From an uncultured Clostridia bacterium (GTDB lineage: Bacteria > Bacillota > Clostridia > Oscillospirales > Ruminococcaceae), in assembly GCA_947625615.1 (NCBI GenBank), contig CANQPB010000006.1, positions 22,652 through 86,651 on the forward strand: a DNA stretch of 64,000 bases, read 5' to 3'. Position numbers and translations under genes: made by a program. This document shows, one piece after another, positions 60,988 to 64,000 of the stretch. The notes under the pieces were generated by a model. The model made no database searches. It saw only the letters and a list, made by a program, of their open reading frames with translations, and was not told the DNA's origin. Each line of letters begins with the position of its first letter. Position 1 is the first letter of the stretch.

Positions 60988-61278
60988 ATGAACGAGTGGC
61001 AGAAAACTCACAATAAGGTCAAGATGTATAAGGAACTTTACCCTAAAGGTACAAGGGTGATGCTCCTGCATATGGGAGATGATGATCCGAATCCCGTTGA
61101 GGACGGAACGAGAGGTACAGTGGTTGCGGTAGATGATATAGGAACAGTCCACTGCATCTTTGACAGCGGCCGCTCATTGGGGCTTGTTCCCGATGCGGAC
61201 TCTTTCAGAAGACTTACCGAAGCTGAGCTGGCGGAGGAACAGACCGAGCAGCCGGGAGGAATGGAGATGGGAATGTAG
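60988..61278 (+). CDS. DUF4314-domain protein
   Basis: GTRVMLLHMGDDDPNPVEDGTRGTVVAVDDIGTVHCIFDSGRSLGLVPDADSFRRL matches the family pattern as I recall it. AAGGAGG lies upstream. Confidence 0.7.
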   Translation: MNEWQKTHNKVKMYKELYPKGTRVMLLHMGDDDPNPVEDGTRGTVVAVDDIGTVHCIFDSGRSLGLVPDADSFRRLTEAELAEEQTEQPGGMEMGM

Positions 61279-61279
61279 A

Positions 61280-62496
61280 GTGCGGAAAATAAGATACTTA
61301 GATATGTTCGCCGGTATTGGGGGCTTTCGGTCGGGGCTAACCAATGCCGGCGATTTTTTATGCCTGTGGGTTGGCGCGAGATAGATAAATACGCACAAAA
61401 AGCCTACAGGGCAATGTATGAAACGGAAGGTGAATACTTTTGTGAAGACGCAAAACGAATTGATCCCGATGACTTGCCGAGCATTGATCTTATCTGTGCC
61501 GGATTTCCTTGCCAGAGCTTCTCGTTGGCAGGAAAGCGTCTCGGATTCAGAGATACGAGAGGCACTCTGTTCTTTGAAGTTGCCGGGATTCTTAGAAAGA
61601 AACGGCCTCCGTTTTTACTTCTGGAAAACGACCCGGGCTTGTTATCGCATGACCAAGGCAGGACACTTGAAACCATCTTCTCCGTGCTTGTTGAAATGGG
61701 GTACAGTATCGAATGGTGTGTGCTTGACAGCCAATACTTTTACGTCCCACAGCAAAGAAAGCGGCTGTTCATTGTCGGATTTCTTGATGGAAGATGTGCC
61801 GGAAAAGTATTTCCTGTCAGAAACGGCGGTGCGAAAAATCTGCAAAAACTCATTGAAGGATCGCAGGGGTGTCGGGTATACGATCCTTCAGGTGTCACCT
61901 GCACTCAATGTGCAAGCTCAAACAAGAGAGACCGAAACGCTTGCTTTTCGGGAAGCGGAGGAGCAGCGGAGCGAGTGAGTCCCGACGTTTATGTCGGGAC
62001 GAGCGATACGGAGCTTGCGACGACGAGGGGCGACAAGACCGGGCTCTACTTCATAGATATGAACCCCGCTCCGGGCTTTACCGAGGTTGCAAGGTGCATT
62101 ACCGCCCGTCAGGATTCCGGAATAAGCAACCGTAAGGGCGAACACTCGGGGGTTTTTGTCGAGGAAGCTCCGAGGGCTATTCTTACGCCCGAAAAGGGAA
62201 AGACCAGGCAGAACGGCAGACGGTTCAAAGAACCTGATGAGCCTATGTTCACCATAACAGCTCAAGACCGACACGGGGTTATTCACCGCGGAAGAATACG
62301 AAAACTTATGCCCATAGAATGCTGGCGGCTTCAGGGCTTTACCGATGAGCAGTTTAGTAAAGCCGCCGCACTCGGTCTTGCCGACAGCCATCTGTATAAA
62401 ATGGCCGGAAACAGCGTGACAGTAACGGTCATAACGGCAATAGGTCTTAGAATCGCCGAGCTTTGCGAAGAATTTAACATTTTGAAGGAGGAATGA
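61280..62496 (+). pseudogene. DNA (cytosine-5) methyltransferase split by a frameshift at a T6 tract (61354-61359)
   Basis: Motif I (V/M)RKIRYLDMFAGIGGF lies in the frame starting at GTG 61280 and stops at 61384. Motifs EIDKYA, GFPCQSFSLAGKR, LLLEND, QQRKRLFIVGF and GNSVTV lie in the -1 frame (ORF 61360..62496). Confidence 0.75.
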
Positions 62497-62499
62497 TAT

Positions 62500-63534
62500 A
62501 TGCCTAATAATGTGACGAATATAATCAAGTTTCAGGGCAAAGATGAGCAGATAAAAAAACTGTTGGAAGAAGTCAGGGACGACGAAGAAGGTATAGGTTC
62601 AATAGATTTCAACAAGCTCATACCTATGCCCAAAGAGCTTGACATCACGGCAGGTTCTGTAACAGACAAAGGACTAAGGGCGTATAAGGATTTTGTGTCT
62701 GTTTACACTCTCGAAGGTGCTATAACAGGTCGGGATTTGCTCAACATACCGAAAGAGAGCGAAAATGTGTTCCGTCAGCGCAGGTCGGATATAACCGACG
62801 AAGAATGGAATAACGGAAGAACTGCGTTTCAGAATATAATAAAGTACGGCGCGCCGACTTGGTATGACTGGTGCATAAAAAACTGGAATACCAAATGGAA
62901 TGCATACGGCTTTGACAAGTGCGACGACAAGAATGTTCTGTCGTTTCAGACCGCCTGGAGCGCTCCTGTTCCGGTTATAGACAAGCTCGCAGAAAAATAT
63001 CCGGATCTTCTCATTGTGCATAAGTGGGCTGATGAGGATATAGGTAACAACTGTGGCGAGCGGCACTATGTAGGCGGGGTGGCGGTCGTGGATTGGGTTC
63101 CCGAAACACGAAAGGAAGCGATAGAGTTCGCGGCGGGGGTTATGAGTGCGGAGCCTATAGATTGGGGGCTGTACTTGAACGGCGCCGGCACGGATTACAT
63201 CTATCCGTCGGAAGACGAGCTTGATGTAATTGAAGTTTTAGGACGCAAGGCGCTGTTTTCAAACGGACGGATTACAGATGACGAAGTTCCCGCAGGATTG
63301 CACTGCTACCGTCTTCGTGAATCCGACGACGGAGATCGTTTCGCATCTCTTGAACCCAAGGTTATTGTAAACTTCGGCGGCACGGTCATAACCTACGGCG
63401 AGGTTGATTTCGGTGAAAAGGGTTATATAGGCTTTACCGAGGACACCGAGCCGAACTTCCTCGGCGATAAAATGACAATAGAAGATTTTTTAACACTCGG
63501 ATACAGCAATCAGGAGGATTTACAGATATGCTGA
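62500..63534 (+). CDS. hypothetical protein with a WYDWCIKNWNTKWN motif (DUF1281/YubB-like N-terminal domain?) plus an extra C-terminal domain
   Basis: 344 aa. It starts 4 nt after the dcm stop. The family call rests only on my memory of the W..WGTKWN motif. Confidence 0.6.
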   Translation: MPNNVTNIIKFQGKDEQIKKLLEEVRDDEEGIGSIDFNKLIPMPKELDITAGSVTDKGLRAYKDFVSVYTLEGAITGRDLLNIPKESENVFRQRRSDITDEEWNNGRTAFQNIIKYGAPTWYDWCIKNWNTKWNAYGFDKCDDKNVLSFQTAWSAPVPVIDKLAEKYPDLLIVHKWADEDIGNNCGERHYVGGVAVVDWVPETRKEAIEFAAGVMSAEPIDWGLYLNGAGTDYIYPSEDELDVIEVLGRKALFSNGRITDDEVPAGLHCYRLRESDDGDRFASLEPKVIVNFGGTVITYGEVDFGEKGYIGFTEDTEPNFLGDKMTIEDFLTLGYSNQEDLQIC

Positions 63535-63626
63535 ACTTTTTTATAGGATTATTTTTAGGCGGCTTCGTCGGAATCTTTACTATGTGCTTGGTGCAGATAA
63601 ACAGAGGAGAGGATGATGAGCGTTGA
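63528..63626 (+). CDS. DUF3789-like 32-aa membrane peptide
   Basis: MLNFFIGLFLGGFVGIFTMCLVQINRGEDDER. It overlaps the previous stop by 7 nt. It is too short for the ORF track. Confidence 0.5.
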   Translation: MLNFFIGLFLGGFVGIFTMCLVQINRGEDDER

Positions 63627-64000
63627 ACAGCTTCATCAGCTGGATAGGCGGTAAAAAGGCTCTTCGGGACGAAATTCTCGCCCGCTTTCCCCTGAACTAT
63701 TCAAGATATATAGAGGCTTTCGGAGGCGGTGGGTGGGTTTTATTTCACAAGCCTGCAGGAAATGACTTTGAGGTATATAACGATCTCAATCCGAATCTTG
63801 TCAATCTTTACAGGTGTGTTAGGGAACACCCCGAGGAGCTCATTGAGGAGCTTACATATTCCTTGAATTCAAGAGCGGATTTTGAGTATATGAGAAAAAC
63901 TCTGAAGTCCGGAGCCGAAATACCCGACATTCGGCGGGCGGCGTATTTCTATCAGCTTATAAGATACAGCTATGCCTCGTCGGTAGACAGCTTCGGAGGG
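63623..64000 (+). CDS. N6-adenine DNA methyltransferase (Dam/D12 class), 5' part only
   Basis: The start is TTG at 63623 (the frame is closed upstream by TGA). (M)NSFISWIGGKKALRDEIL...YIEAFGGGGWVLF...YNDLNPNLVNLY. It runs off the window end. Confidence 0.75.
   Translation, partial: MNSFISWIGGKKALRDEILARFPLNYSRYIEAFGGGGWVLFHKPAGNDFEVYNDLNPNLVNLYRCVREHPEELIEELTYSLNSRADFEYMRKTLKSGAEIPDIRRAAYFYQLIRYSYASSVDSFGG

Larger units (their letters stand above)
58691..64000. mobile_element. left part of an AT-rich integrated element (ICE / conjugative-element leading-region-like) abutting tRNA-Val; continues beyond the window
   Basis: Base composition drops immediately after the tRNA 3' end. All genes are co-oriented. 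The content includes DUF4314, orphan Dcm and Dam methyltransferases and a DUF3789-like peptide. No integrase is in view. Confidence 0.65.

Noticed and set aside
61418-61978. A 186-aa alternative-frame ORF inside the dcm gene.
   Set aside because: It lies fully within a CDS carrying all the C5-MTase motifs in another frame. It has no RBS and no recognisable domain.

Overview
This window is a high-GC (by eye about 60%) Clostridia-type chromosome segment. It carries ordinary housekeeping genes: groES/groEL with a CIRCE operator, yifB/comM, phosphoglucomutase, argS, trkH/trkA, fumC, malic enzyme, murA, rlmH, tcdA and tRNA-Val. Two visibly AT-rich accessory regions interrupt it.

(1) 4356-19850 is a ~15.5 kb integrative mobilizable element. 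It encodes a large serine recombinase, a TnpW-like protein, a MobA/MobL relaxase, a DUF3847 protein, oriT-like inverted repeats, a small resolvase and two HTH regulators. It sits precisely and in frame inside an ECF-sigma-linked PepSY anti-sigma-like gene. Its cargo is a minimal three-gene lipo-dipeptide-aldehyde NRPS operon: Cstarter-A-T-C-A-T-R synthetase, acyl-AMP/CoA ligase and ACP. The two A domains of the synthetase are mosaics with near-identical flanks around unrelated specificity cores. This is my best candidate for the novel system.

(2) 58691-64000+ is an island that starts directly after tRNA-Val. Its gene content resembles the leading region of a conjugative element: tandem acidic paralogs, DUF4314, a frameshifted Dcm, a WNTKWN-motif protein, a DUF3789-like peptide and an orphan Dam.

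The host DNA also holds three families of intergenic repeats or structured elements not explained by genes, a preQ1-I-like riboswitch ahead of queT, a self-contained 23-codon micro-gene, and several decayed genes. The decayed genes include a GH26 with TGA at a conserved Trp and a kinase remnant.

All calls come from reading the sequence and the ORF track. No database search was run. GC values are visual estimates only.
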